Assembly (NCBI GenBank): GCA_951406725.2 | Contig: OX597820.1 | Span: 68,572,001-68,636,000, forward strand | Length of the DNA: 64,000 nucleotides | Direction: 5' to 3' | From: Octopus vulgaris | Lineage: Eukaryota | Part shown: positions 27,150-39,416 of the stretch, piece by piece | How the letters are laid out: the number at the start of each line of letters is the position of its first letter | How positions within the stretch are numbered: the stretch's first letter is position 1 | Translations under genes and position numbers: made by a program | The notes under the pieces: generated by a model | What the model was told of the DNA's origin: nothing | What the model saw: the letters and a program-made list of their open reading frames with translations, nothing else | Databases searched by the model: none

Positions 27150-28000
27150 AAGCATCTTGGGAAACCACATTTCTCGTTTGCTTATTCGGATGCATTTTAA
27201 TTAATTTCTCGACATAATTTCCCATGAAAGATGTATCGGACTGAGAAATCAAAATCAATTCCTTTCAATGTCTACCATCGTGTCTTATTTACTTTGAAGC
27301 CATCCACAGTTTCCATGAAAATTGGAGACGCCTAAACATAAAGAAGCGTCCAGTGTCTGACCCTGGACAGTATCGCTTTTCTAGGGACCACAGGAAACAT
27401 TTTGGAGCCGGGAAAAGATTTACAGACTTTAACATTCACTACATTTGGTACGTCCATGTTCCTGAGAATCAAGATGAAAACTCCAAATTTAAGTTTTATT
27501 ATGTGAAAGGGCATTCAGAGAATCACAATTTAGTTTAAGGGTTCCACTGGATAGTTACAGAAACTTTATCTCTGACAACACCATCCCCAGATTTGTAGCC
27601 TTTTCTTTCCCTCGATAATTTCCAAATAACAATTTGTCGAGCTTATTGACATTGGTATTTAAAGAATATATTGCTCTTTCAGCTAACCACTCAGACCTGA
27701 TTCACTTGATAGCAGAGGAAAAGGGTTCAATTTTGAGTTGCTCTAGTTATGTTATTGTTTACTCTAGTTCCTGAGGAATATTAATGGGGTCATGCTCTGC
27801 TACAATGAAGATCTCTATATTACCAAAGTTTACTTATAGCTTTGCAATCTTTACGTATCATTCGTATCTGATAGGGGAACTATTATGTTAGTGGTGAAAT
27901 GCTCAATGGCAATGTTGCGTTATATATCAGGAGCTAGGAATGTACTGACCTCCGGAATGAGGTTTCTATCTTACTGGACGTGGCTACCAGAGACGACTGA
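27150..28000 (-). mobile_element. Decayed Helitron PIF1-like helicase fragment
   Basis: WLAERAI, MPFHIIKLKFGVFILILRNMDV (compare PPH.L.LKVG..I.LLRNL), and NKT...TLKGI...FHGKL. Confidence 0.7.
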
Positions 28001-28119
28001 AGAAACTTTCATATTTGCAGGATATGGTTGCCACAGTCACTTAAAAATAGACAGTGACTATGTTTGGTATTTTGAATAACTTTTACCCTTGCAATCTAGA
28101 AGTTCTGGTTTTAAGGTAG

Positions 28120-28250
28120 ATATTCTATGTAGTGACGCACAATCGTAAGGTTGCGCGTTGTTTCCTTGAGCAAAACACTTTATTTTGCGCTGCTCCAGTT
28201 CATTCAGCTGCTAAACATGAGTTGTCCATCTATTACAAAAGGACCAGTCT
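28120..28250 (+). mobile_element. CORE-type SINE fragment
   Basis: gtttccttgagcaaaacacttt...tgctccagttcattcagctg resembles the CORE domain. Confidence 0.45.
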
Positions 28251-29063
28251 TGAAATAGGATATACCAAATCATGATGTTGGCCGATAAGAAAAGAAATCA
28301 TTATATTTTGTTGGGTACCAAGTTATGATTCTATGGTATACCACGGTTAAATCGTCATTATAGTGTCATTCACATATTAAATACGATAAAACTATGTTCA
28401 CATTTACTTTCAGAGCGTTGTAGAAGATATATAATCGCTTTGGAAATACATACAGAAATTAATAGACCATATTAATCAACACTTTTATTGTAAAATGCTT
28501 TTAAAGATAAACAAAAATTAAACATATTCACTGTTTATTCTTGGCTCACCGATCATAAAATCGAATTAAAAGATTAAGTAGTATTTAAAGGAAATATTGG
28601 AAAATACGATGAAGTAATTTTGGCTAATTGTTCCTTGTTGTCCAAACCGTCTTATAATTACAAACAAAACACGTGTATGTATGTTTGTATGTATGTATGT
28701 ATATATATATATATATACAGGGAATGAAACAGGTATATATATAAACATTGGAAGAAGTGATTAATATCCGTAATCGATTTTCGAATATTATTGAGTTATC
28801 AGAGGTGTCTACATTAATTTGATCAATTTCTGACAAGCATGTACCAGTCTGTTTATATGCTCATCAAATCCAGTAGCTACAGAAGACTTTAGGTACTACT
28901 TTTCATACCGAAAGTGTTGGGAGCTTGTGAATTACATCACAGCCAATACTGTATCAAGTTATGATAATATGCACACGAACACATAAACACGCACACACAA
29001 ACACACATACATGCGCGTGCGCATATGCACACATGTATATATGTGTGTATACATACATACATG

Positions 29064-29097
<34 letters not shown>

Positions 29098-29310
29098 TAT
29101 ATAAATAGATGAGTGTATTTTTACCTTGTTAACAATTAACACGGAAAAATAAATAAATAGTTACCAGGGCAGCAAAAGATTGCATTGTTTATACCATTTA
29201 TTCGTTTGAATAGTATCAGTGGAATTTTCGAAACATGTGTAGAAAGTAAAAATACTTGTTTAAACCTGCGTTAACTCCATTTTTTATTCATATATATATA
29301 TATACATATA

Positions 29311-29342
<32 letters not shown>

Positions 29343-29352
29343 CACACATATA

Positions 29353-29400
<48 letters not shown>

Positions 29401-29404
<4 letters not shown>

Positions 29405-29461
29405 GGTGCCCCAGCATGGCCACAGCTCATGAGCTGAAACTAGAATCAATCAATCAATCAA
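29401..29461 (+). mobile_element. Extreme 3' tip of a CR1 LINE inserted in (TA)n
   Basis: GGCGGTGCCCCAGCATGGCCACAGCTCATGAGCTGAAAC followed by an (aatc)n tail. Confidence 0.7.
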
Positions 29462-29586
29462 TATATATATATATATATAAATTCCACTAAGGAATTTATA
29501 TCCCTTGTCAGTCTTTAAGATAGTGCATTTGTGGTGGCAATTGAGTTGTTTTGACTCTTATTTCTAGCAATCCCAGTACCAAATTA

Positions 29587-30818
29587 TCAGGCCATTAAGA
29601 ATAAAATGTCCGATTTTCTTCTGCACCAAGGTTTTGTCCTGACAGTTCTTCGTTTTACAACATTGAAGAGTTACATCATCACTTTTCAAATTGCAATTCA
29701 TGGTGTCTGATTATATTGTGAGTTTTCTCTTGTAAATCAATTTTTGTGAACCCATCGATAGATAAAACATTCTTGTTGTTTATGAATACGAGTCCCATTG
29801 TGGAACCTATGTATCCCAGACTGCTCATGAAAGTGATGTTTGGTGAAGATGTGGCAAATGAGCGCACTGTACGTCGATGGTTCGAGAAGTTTCGGTCTGG
29901 TGACTTTACTCTTGAAAATCAGCCCCGTGGTAGACCCGAAACCAAGATGGATAATGATGAACCGGAAACTGTAAGTGGGAGCGGATGCATCTCAAACTAT
30001 GTGAGAATTAGCAGCAAGATTTGATGCTTCAATTCAAACTGTATTCAAACGTCTGACACAAATCGGCAAGCTTCAGAAGGTGAACAAGTGGATTCCACAC
30101 GAACTGAACGGACATCAAATGATACGTCGTCTTGACACTTGCTGTACTTTGCTGTCACGGCATAAAAGCGAACTGTTTTTGCATCGTATTGTTACGTGTA
30201 ATAAAAACATGTATTCTTTTCAACAATAGCTAGCGTTCTGCACGGTGGTTGGATAGAGACGAAGCGCCAAATCACAATCTAAAACAGAATATTCAACAAC
30301 AAAAGCTAATGGTGTCTATTTGGTGGTCCAGCGCCGCTGTCATCCACTACAGTTCATGAGACCTGGTAAGTTCATTACAGGGGATGTATACATCAACGAA
30401 TTGGATGAAATGATGAGTGACCTTGCAATTAAAAAACCGAGATTGCTCAATAGAAACAGACCAATTGTCTTGCAAGACAATGCTCGACTACATGTTGCTA
30501 CTCAAATTATAGGAACTGAACTTGGAAGTACTCTGAAGTTCACCAGATCTTTCACTAACTTACTCTCAGGTTTTCCAGACAACCTTTTCTAAGGAAAACA
30601 GTTCAAATATGAAGAATATGCAAAAAGAGCCTTTCGTGATTTCATCACCTCTGGCTTTCCAGAATTCTTCGCTGACGGCATAAATAAAATACCAATAAAA
30701 TGGCAAAATTGTGTTCATAATTTAGGTGCATACTCTGATTAACTACATTGGTTTTTGTTGAGATAAAGTATAATAAACTTTCAGTTCAAAATCGGACATT
30801 TCATTCTTAATGACCTGA
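29587..30818 (+). mobile_element. Near full-length mariner (DD34D type) with pseudogenised transposase
   Basis: 31-bp TIRs with 2 mismatches (TCAGGYCATTAAGAATRAAATGTCCGATTTT), TA on both sides. ERTVRRWFEKFRSG, WIPHEL, LQDNARLH. Confidence 0.92.
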
Positions 30819-30890
30819 TATCAACATCTGTCACTTTAGTAACGTCTATAAATTTGCATTTAAGTTATTAAATTGCTAATAAGCCACCAA

Positions 30891-30932
<42 letters not shown>

Positions 30933-30938
<6 letters not shown>

Positions 30939-31256
30939 TAATATTAGGGTAGCAAAAAATTCAATAGAAATTATTTTGCCACCAGCGGTCCAGTGAAAAA
31001 GAGGAAATAGTCAGAGACCATTAATAAATTCAACAACAAATTGAGGAACGGCTATAATAGGCCGTTCGACCCACTAGAAGAAGCAGCCAGGGCTCCAACC
31101 GCAAATAGTAGCTGAAACAATGCATTGTCTAAAGATGAACGGGGTAAATGTTTTTTAATTTTCCTCCTTTCGGAATTACTACTATTTGCGGTTGGAGCCC
31201 TGGCTGCTTCTTCTAGTGGGTCGAACGGCCTATTATAGCCGTTCCTCAATTTTTTG

Positions 31257-31258
<2 letters not shown>
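30933..31258. mobile_element. Fold-back element with perfect 74-bp arms and a partial hammerhead
   Basis: 31038-31111 is the exact reverse complement of 31179-31252. GAAACAATGCATTGTC at 31114-31129; (TA)n on both sides. Confidence 0.85.
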
Positions 31259-31299
<41 letters not shown>

Positions 31300-31379
31300 A
31301 ATGCGCGCACGCCCACATATACTCACACGCACATATTTATACTCACTTCAACATTTGTCCACTGGAACCCATTTCATCG

Positions 31380-31960
31380 CAATGATTTCTAAACCTCCCT
31401 TAAGTGTCAGTGCCTCCATCAGCGACTATATTCAGTAAAATCCTAGGATAAATTCAACAGGCATTTCCCTCTATCATCTCTGCATTCATCACGCATGAAC
31501 GGGTACTGCTGCACTCTCTCGAACTAAGCATTAACTGTGGATGCATAATACGCCGTTCTGAACGAATCCGCAGATAATGGTATAGACTGAACTCACACAA
31601 GAAGGCATCTGCCCATCTGTACGTATATTGATGCATGTATACATAAACGTTCATGAACTACTAGTACCGGCCTTTCAATTGGTGTCACTTTGAGGTTCCA
31701 AAACTCCATAATGCCTTCAAATAGCTAAATTGAGTTGAGGTATCACGAGTTCTATCAACTTGCACTAATCCGCTAATTAGTTTGGTTGATTCTAGACTCA
31801 TAGTTGGCTGAAGAGGCTCTTCCGCCTAAACTGTGTCGTGTAATTTCGTCTAATTAAGATCAAACATCGAATGAAGATCAATACACCAAACTTCATATCT
31901 GCCATGCTACTCCCCATGACTTTGTCATGCCCCTGACTCGACGATTTTTCGTCATTGAAG
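31380..31960 (-). pseudogene. Decayed Gypsy integrase relic
   Basis: acggcgtattatgcatccacagttaatgcttagttcgagagagtg resembles TAYHPQ.NG.VER with frameshifts. Confidence 0.3.
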
Positions 31961-33213
31961 TTAACTATTCTGGTGCATATAAGAATGTATACAAATATAA
32001 CAGTAACAATTTAACATTAAAATAAAGAATTACTCATAACTTATTGTAGCGTATATATTTAATATACTTTTACAAGAAGGTTGTTAGTGACATCAAAATA
32101 TCAGCCTACTAGCTTCAATTGAACTGTCGTAGATTTAGATTCATTTCGGCTTCATACAGTCTCCAGTAAGATGCTTGTTTTAAGCAGATGGAGTGATATG
32201 GAATAATAATAATGTGTTTTGGTATGTGAAGCCAGGGTATAGATGCATATGTGCAGGATAGAGAAGGATAGATGTTAAATGGGTATGCAATATGAACGCC
32301 CAAGGAAAGATATTATAAATGGCTGTAATGTTTGAAGTGGGATTTGTTTTATTGTTCCGATTTCAATCAAGCACGTAAAACTTTACTATCAGGTATGAAT
32401 AGTTAATGTGTGTCATGCATTTCATGGGCTTATTATCATATAAACTTGACTATTGTTGCATTTTATGGTTCACAAAACAATGTAAATTGATTAAAAGGTT
32501 AGTTGTAAGCAGATGTGTAACTAGTGTTAGAATGTTGTGGGTGTTATATTATTTATATTTAGAAAATTTAACTAATGATTTATGAGAATGCAATGGTTGG
32601 GGACCCTTTTATTATGTTAGTAGTGACCCAACAGTCTCAAGAGAGAAGATGACAATCGAATGTAACTACATAACATAGATGTTTAACTGTTATGTGGAAA
32701 CTATTCTACGACAGCATTTTCTAATAATTGCGCCATACTTCCCAACTAAAGACATTTTCACGTCAATCTATAATACAAGAGATAGTTTATATTTTGCATA
32801 TAGAATTTACAAGCACCTAAGCGGCGACTTTAGATTCAAATTCAACTAGTTAGCAATTCACATGTGTGTGCATCCGTGTGTGTATGTGTGTGTATGCGTG
32901 TGTGTGTGTGTATGAGTGAGTGTGTTTGTGTATGTGTGTGTATGTATTAAATCCATATCCGAAGTTTTTGGACCTTCCTACCCACATCATCAGGAACTGA
33001 ATCCAATATATCTGCTATTTGTGTTCTTTCTTATATATTCATTAAATTCTTATAGACTTTCTCACAAAAGAATTTCTTTCAGGTAGCATCATACCTCAAG
33101 TTCTAATATGTTTGTTACGGTTAAATTTAAGCATTAGGTTTTATAAGGTTTTTATGTGTTTTTGTTCGAACAAGAGATATACTGGTTCACAGATATCTTT
33201 ATATTATACTTAA

Positions 33214-33432
33214 TAAGGTCAGCGATCTGGCAGAATCGTAAGCCCACCGGGGGAAAATATTTAGTGGCATATTGTCTGTCTTTACGTTCTGAGTTCCAAT
33301 TCCTCTGAGATCGACTTTGCTTTTAATCCTTCGGGCTCGATAAAATAAGTACCGGTTGAGCACTGGGGTCGATGTAATAGACTTAACTCTTCCCAGAAAT
33401 TGTGGGCCTTATGCCAAAATTTGAAATCTATA
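33214..33432 (+). mobile_element. SINE family B
   Basis: tRNA-like head TGGCAGAATCG...GAGTTC, body tcgactttgcttttaatccttcgggctcgataaaataagtacc. Confidence 0.8.
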
Positions 33433-33454
33433 TTATACTCAATACATGCACGAG

Positions 33455-33690
33455 TAAGACGGTGAGATGAGAGATTCATTAGCATGATGTGCAAAATGCA
33501 TAGCGATATTACGTTCGTCCTTACGATCTGAGTTCAAATTACGTGGTGGTGTACTTTGCCTTTTATCGATAAAATATTTTATCGGGGGTCGATAAAACAA
33601 GTGCCATTTCGGCAGTGGGGTCGATGGAATCGACTTACAATATCCCCTGAAATTTCTAGCCTCGTGCCAAAATTCGTGAAACCAATATAT
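33455..33690 (+). mobile_element. SINE family B, adjacent second copy
   Basis: GAGTTCAAAT B box and ggggtcgataaaacaagt...gtgccaaaatt. Confidence 0.7.
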
Positions 33691-34068
33691 GCAACAACAT
33701 ATGGTTCAAGAAATAAAAAAAAACTTGCAAAGAGAGAGAGAAAGCTGGAAATTTGTGCATAAATAGGTGGAACCATAGATAAATTTGTAGAAAAAAAATG
33801 ATAAAGGAAGATGGATAAGTGAAACACTGTTATTGATTTTTATATGCACCAGTTCCAATGTATGCAAGTATATTAGAATGTATGAAATCTCTTTTACCGC
33901 ACGATCTTTGACCTGCATTTGTAGAATATCTTAACTTGAAATATTGGCACAGAGCCTTAGAATACACGTGTGTGACCCAGATGTTAGCAGCGTCCCTGGC
34001 GATGACTCGAATGCATCATACTACAATGACGTCATCTTTGTTCAAACCTTCGTTTTTCTTTCACTTAG

Positions 34069-34190
34069 AGCTCCAGAAGATACATTGCATGAAAAAACTG
34101 TATTACAATGAGCGAATGATGTTGAAAAGAAATATATTTCAGATATTCTCATTTATGCCATTTCCCCACCCCCCTAATTTATGAGAAATG
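34069..34190 (+). other. Candidate 122-nt exon with two in-frame stops
   Basis: Strong acceptor cgtttttctttcacttag and donor ATG|gtaagt; reads APEDTLHEKTVLQ*ANDVEKKYISDILIYAISPPP*FMRN. Confidence 0.35.
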
Positions 34191-34584
34191 GTAAGTTTAA
34201 ATATCATACTTTACTGTGTTAATATTATTTCTTTTTCCAGAAAATTATTCAGATTAAACCTAACTTTAATTAAACAATTACAAGTTTACTTTGATGTAAT
34301 TATCGTCATTTACAACAACAATCTAAACTATTTCATAGAAATACTTCATTAATAAAATATCATAAAGCTAATTATTGGTGGAAAAGTAGTCCGTGTATTA
34401 CCTGCTACCTCATGGCTACAAAACTAATAAGATACTTACAACTATGCATAATGGGAAACACAGATATCTAGTCCAAATATCGCTTTTTTACATAAGGTAT
34501 TGTTTATTACGCATGTATACGCCATTCTTCAATTCGAAGTGATGTACATATATGTGTACATTAATACCTATACTTATACACAGG

Positions 34585-34643
<59 letters not shown>

Positions 34644-34659
34644 TATCATTTGCCTTTAC

Positions 34660-34880
34660 ATTTTTCAGTCATATAACTGCGGCCATAATGGGCCAGCGCC
34701 ATTTTAATCGAACAGATGGATCACAACACAATGTTTTGAAGCCTATTAAATATTCTATCGTAATCTTTTGCCGAACCGTTAAGCTATAGAGATGTAAACA
34801 CAGCAACACGGGTTTCAAGCGTTGGTGGTGAGAGACAAGCACAAACACAAAGACACACACACTCCCAAACATACATAGAC
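34660..34880 (-). mobile_element. SINE family A 3' half, degenerate
   Basis: tttcagtcatataactgcggccat...ttttgccgaaccgttaag. Confidence 0.65.
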
Positions 34881-35254
34881 ACACACACATACATGTATGT
34901 ATATATATAGTGATGCTTATATGCCAACGGAATGTGGCATTCCTATTTAAGGACGATGTTACTGCTGTTTTAGCCCCAGGTAAACATATTTTCCAGTTAG
35001 CTATCGACACACAGTTTGTGTCCGTAAAGCATTTGCAAGGGAGGTCATCGCTCTCATATCTAGCCTTACGTGATATATACGGCCATAGGCCTCTGGATGT
35101 TTACATCTCTGTAGCTTAACGGTTCGGCAAAAGATACTGATAGAATATTTAATAGTTAAAATCTGTGAAATATTGGGGTCGATGCAATACACCTTTCCTT
35201 CATATTTCAGAACTTGTTTTCATAACAACAGGTAATATTTGAGTTACTGGATTT

Positions 35255-35600
35255 GGTAAAATCGTTAGAAGATCGGCCAACACGTTTAGTTACAATCTCA
35301 TTAGACTCGGAGTTCAAATCCAAGTACGAACATCTTTTCAATTTATCATCACAGGATCGATAAAATTAAGAACTGGTAAATAACTGAGATCGATCTAAGA
35401 AATGAACCCTATTCGCTCAATTTTCAAAACTTGTACCTGTTTCCCTTTTAGGGTGGTGCGGGTGACAGATTCATTAGTGTCGGGGAAAATGCATTACATT
35501 ATTGTGTTCGGTTCTTCGAAATCTGATTAAAACTCGTGTAAAGATCAACTGTACCAGTCAATTACCTAGATCGATATAATTGAGCAACCCCGTCTCTTTA
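35255..35600 (+). mobile_element. Two old SINE family B remnants
   Basis: gagttcaaatcc...gatcgataaaattaag and gggtgacagattcattagtgtcggggaaaatgc. Confidence 0.45.
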
Positions 35601-35928
35601 ATTTGATTTATATTACAAAACCCAACAATCGATTGTTGCATTTCTACTTTCTGAGTTTCATACATGGATATTCGATTTATGAGGGATTTATTTATAAACT
35701 TATGAATATTTCAAAATAAACTTTTAAAAGAAACTAGCAACGTACATATTAATATATTTATGTGTGTTATTATGTGTATGTGTATGTGTGTGTGTTGATA
35801 TATGACTGTTTATCTATACACATAGATGCACATATCTATTTATTTATCTATATACCTATCTACCTATCTATCTATTTGGGTACATATACACACATATATA
35901 TATATATATACACTCATATATATATACA

Positions 35929-35976
<48 letters not shown>

Positions 35977-36024
35977 TGTATAGACGCACATACACCTATA
36001 TATACATGTATAGACGCACACTCA

Positions 36025-36074
<50 letters not shown>

Positions 36075-37167
36075 CACAACGCACACACTCATACACGCAC
36101 GCACACACACATACACACACACGTACAAATAGATGCACAAAGACATGCATACCACACACGCGCACCCACCCACCAACTCACACACATACACCGATATATT
36201 CTTCTTTATTGTTTGGAGCCACTATATTGTACGCTGGGCAGCAACACCAGAATCAGTCACGATATGTATTGTTGCTAACACTTTCCTTGTGACCTGTGCT
36301 GCAGGGTAAACTTCAAGCAAACGATCCCTCCGAATAAAATCACGCTTTCTCCGTTGACATTCTGACATATGCTCGGATTTAGAATATGCGCCAACGGATG
36401 AGACAATAAAATCCTGACCTGGACCTCAATCATTACCATCAACCTGGGGCCTCGGTCAAATCTGACTAATGGACAAGGCTTTTCATCTAGGCCATCTCCG
36501 ATGTCTTGTTATTTTGCTCGGTATTATTTGCCTCTTTATTTCTATGTCATCTTTCTCTTCTTTCTTTCGTTCACTACTAAAATGAATGAATGAATGATTG
36601 AATGGATAGATGAATGAATGTCTCACGTATTTCATTATAATTCCTTACAACTTTTTTTCTTTATACTGGGTTAAGGTCTTTTGCATTCCGGAAAACAACA
36701 ATTAGCAAATGCTGGATCGAATTGTAGATAATAACGTGAATAGATAAACATATTGATAGATAGACAAATAAATAGATCGATAGATAGATAAGCAGATAGA
36801 CAGAGACAGACAGATAGATAGATAGAGGGAGAGAGAGAGGGGGAGAGAGGGAGGGAGTGAGAGAGAAGTGGGGTGATAGAGTGAAATATTTCGGTGGATA
36901 GAATGGTAGACATAGTATGGTTTAAGGTTTTGTAAGGCCTTTACGCTATGTACTTTAGCAAGATAGACAGGAAATAGTTCAATTTGTATATCCAATATGC
37001 ATGCGTATGTTTGAATTAAATCTGTATGTATGTATGTATGTATGTATGTATGTATGTATGTATGTATGTATGTATGTATGTATGTATGTATGTATGTATG
37101 CATGTGCGTATGTATGTATGTATATATATATACATATACCTATCTATCTATCTATCTATCTATCTAC

Positions 37168-37233
<66 letters not shown>

Positions 37234-37280
37234 GTCTATCTATCTCTATATCTACTTATGTATCTCTCTATGTATCTATA

Positions 37281-37319
<39 letters not shown>

Positions 37320-37321
<2 letters not shown>

Positions 37322-37566
37322 ACATATAAGGGATGGCCATAATAGGACATCCGACTCACTAGAAAGAGCAGTAAAACTCCAAACCACTAATAGTTGTAAT
37401 TCTGAAATGGAAAGAAAAATAAAAACGTTTACGCTATCCTTTCTGGACTATGCATAGTTTCGGCAATCTTTTGTAAATAAAATAAATTTATTTACGACTG
37501 GCGTTGCCTCTTCAGCTGGTAGCGAAGAATTTTTCTAGAATTTTTTGCTACCCTAAAATTTATTAA
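37320..37566 (-). mobile_element. Hammerhead-bearing element of the same family as 30933-31258
   Basis: CTGAAGA-GGCAA...TTGCC-GAAA-CTATGCATAG-TC; the downstream body aligns to 31140-31250; AGGGT..ACCAG leader. Confidence 0.8.
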
Positions 37567-37603
37567 TATATATATATAAAGAGAACAAAGAGTACGTACG
37601 CCG

Positions 37604-37644
<41 letters not shown>

Positions 37645-37646
<2 letters not shown>

Positions 37647-37785
37647 TACAAAATGGGACAAGAACGCAAAACATCCAGATAGACGATACAAAAAAATCGG
37701 ACGGGTCATTCGAAACCTTTAATCTTCAGTCAAGAACCGGATCATCCTCGCAATTTCGACTGCTTGATATTGAGATTGCACCAAT
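37645..37785. repeat. (TA)n-flanked dispersed repeat, homologous to 54305-54437
   Basis: Shared gggacaagaacg...cggacggg...cagtcaagaaccggatcatc..cgcaatt. Confidence 0.75.
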
Positions 37786-37799
37786 ATATATATATATTC

Positions 37800-38175
37800 A
37801 CATTGAAAGCTACACCAGTGCCAGAACTGGATGACACTGTATAGTGCCAAAGATCCCAGCAATGTCATCACGCTTCAGGACCAGTTACTGCAACAGTCTG
37901 GGTTTCAAGAGCCCACAGCTTTTTAATATTCTCCCAAAGCGTCTGAAAAACTTGCACAACGTAAATGTAGGGCGTTTTAAATCAAAGCTGGACCTCTTTC
38001 TATCGAGAGTCCCAGATGAACCTACCTCACGGCAAGAGGTGCAAATGAGGGTAGCTATATCAAACTCCATCCTTCACTAAGTTCCACATATTAGAGCAGG
38101 CTCTTAGTAATAACAGTGTAGCAAGGCGGCGGTGCATCAGCATGGCCGCGGCTCCGAGCTGAAACTAGAGAGAAA
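37800..38175 (+). mobile_element. CR1-group LINE 3' fragment
   Basis: PKIPAMSSRFRTSYCNSLGFKSPQLFNILPKRL...FKSKLDLFLSRVPDEP plus the shared tail. Confidence 0.85.
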
Positions 38176-38580
38176 AAAAGCATATATGCACACACACACA
38201 CACAGAGCCACACACACACTCACACACACATATATTAGCGACAGAGGCAGTATTATTACCGAGAATTTATATATATCCACGCTTAAACATGGAGGTGCTG
38301 TTAGAGCAAACTACACTGCGGTAGTTACAATGAGAGAAACACTAACGTTTGCCAACATGAGAGTTCCTCTCGTGGTATCTTGGTATCAACCACATTATAA
38401 TTTGTTCCAACAGAACATTCATGTTTAAGTAGGGATATTAAATATTATATGGACTGCCTTGAAGAATTTTAGTCGCAGGAATCGACACCAGGGCTTAGCT
38501 GGTTTTAAACCTGGTGCTTATTCTGTTTTATACAAACATAACGGAATACTACACACACACACACACACATACACACACAT

Positions 38581-38651
<71 letters not shown>

Positions 38652-38968
38652 AACACACACACTCTGTTTCGAGTCACTATAATGTATGCTGGGCAGCAAA
38701 ATCCGAACTAGTCACGAAAGATATTTTTGCTAACACATTATTTCCTAAATTCTTGATTTATTAAAATCGTAACCGAGGACATGTCCAAATTGTTATATGG
38801 TAACTGGGACCAACTATATTTGAGAAAATATCAAAATACCAAGAAACATGGAATCTCTTCAGCTCAATGGCATTAATGATGATGTCATTTTTATTCTCTG
38901 GACGACTGTTTGGACTCGCCTTTCCGCCTGAATGTGCGTCACCAGGATGACCATTTGTCCTACCTTAT

Positions 38969-39053
<85 letters not shown>

Positions 39054-39375
39054 CATCTATCTATCTATCTGTCTGCCTGTCTGTCTATTTATTCACATTA
39101 TTATGTACAATTCGATCCAGCATTTGGTAATTGTTGTTTTCTTGAATGCAAAACACCTTAAACCGAATAAAAAGAAATTTATAAGGAATCTTAATGAAAT
39201 ATGTGAGACATTCATTCAAAAATACAGAGCACATCCATATTCCTGGTAATTTAAATACATTAAAAATCTGAGTTAAGTAAAACAACTTCAGGTGGATAGT
39301 GGCATACGACATAGAGGTATTCTATAATTCTTCTATGTTTTTGCCCCCGTTGGTCCTACAGATATCGTAGGACAT

Positions 39376-39416
39376 CATGCTGATGAGGCATTCCGAAGCA
39401 GAAACATGTGTCCACG
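39376..39416 (+). ncRNA. Type I hammerhead ribozyme motif (slightly decayed)
   Basis: catg-CTGATGA-GGC-attccgaa-GCA-GAAA-CATGTG-TC-cacg. Confidence 0.65.

Noticed and set aside
32965-33000. CTGATGATG…CCAAAAAC on the minus strand as a hammerhead
   Set aside because: GAAA and the cleavage triplet are absent; too degenerate to support.
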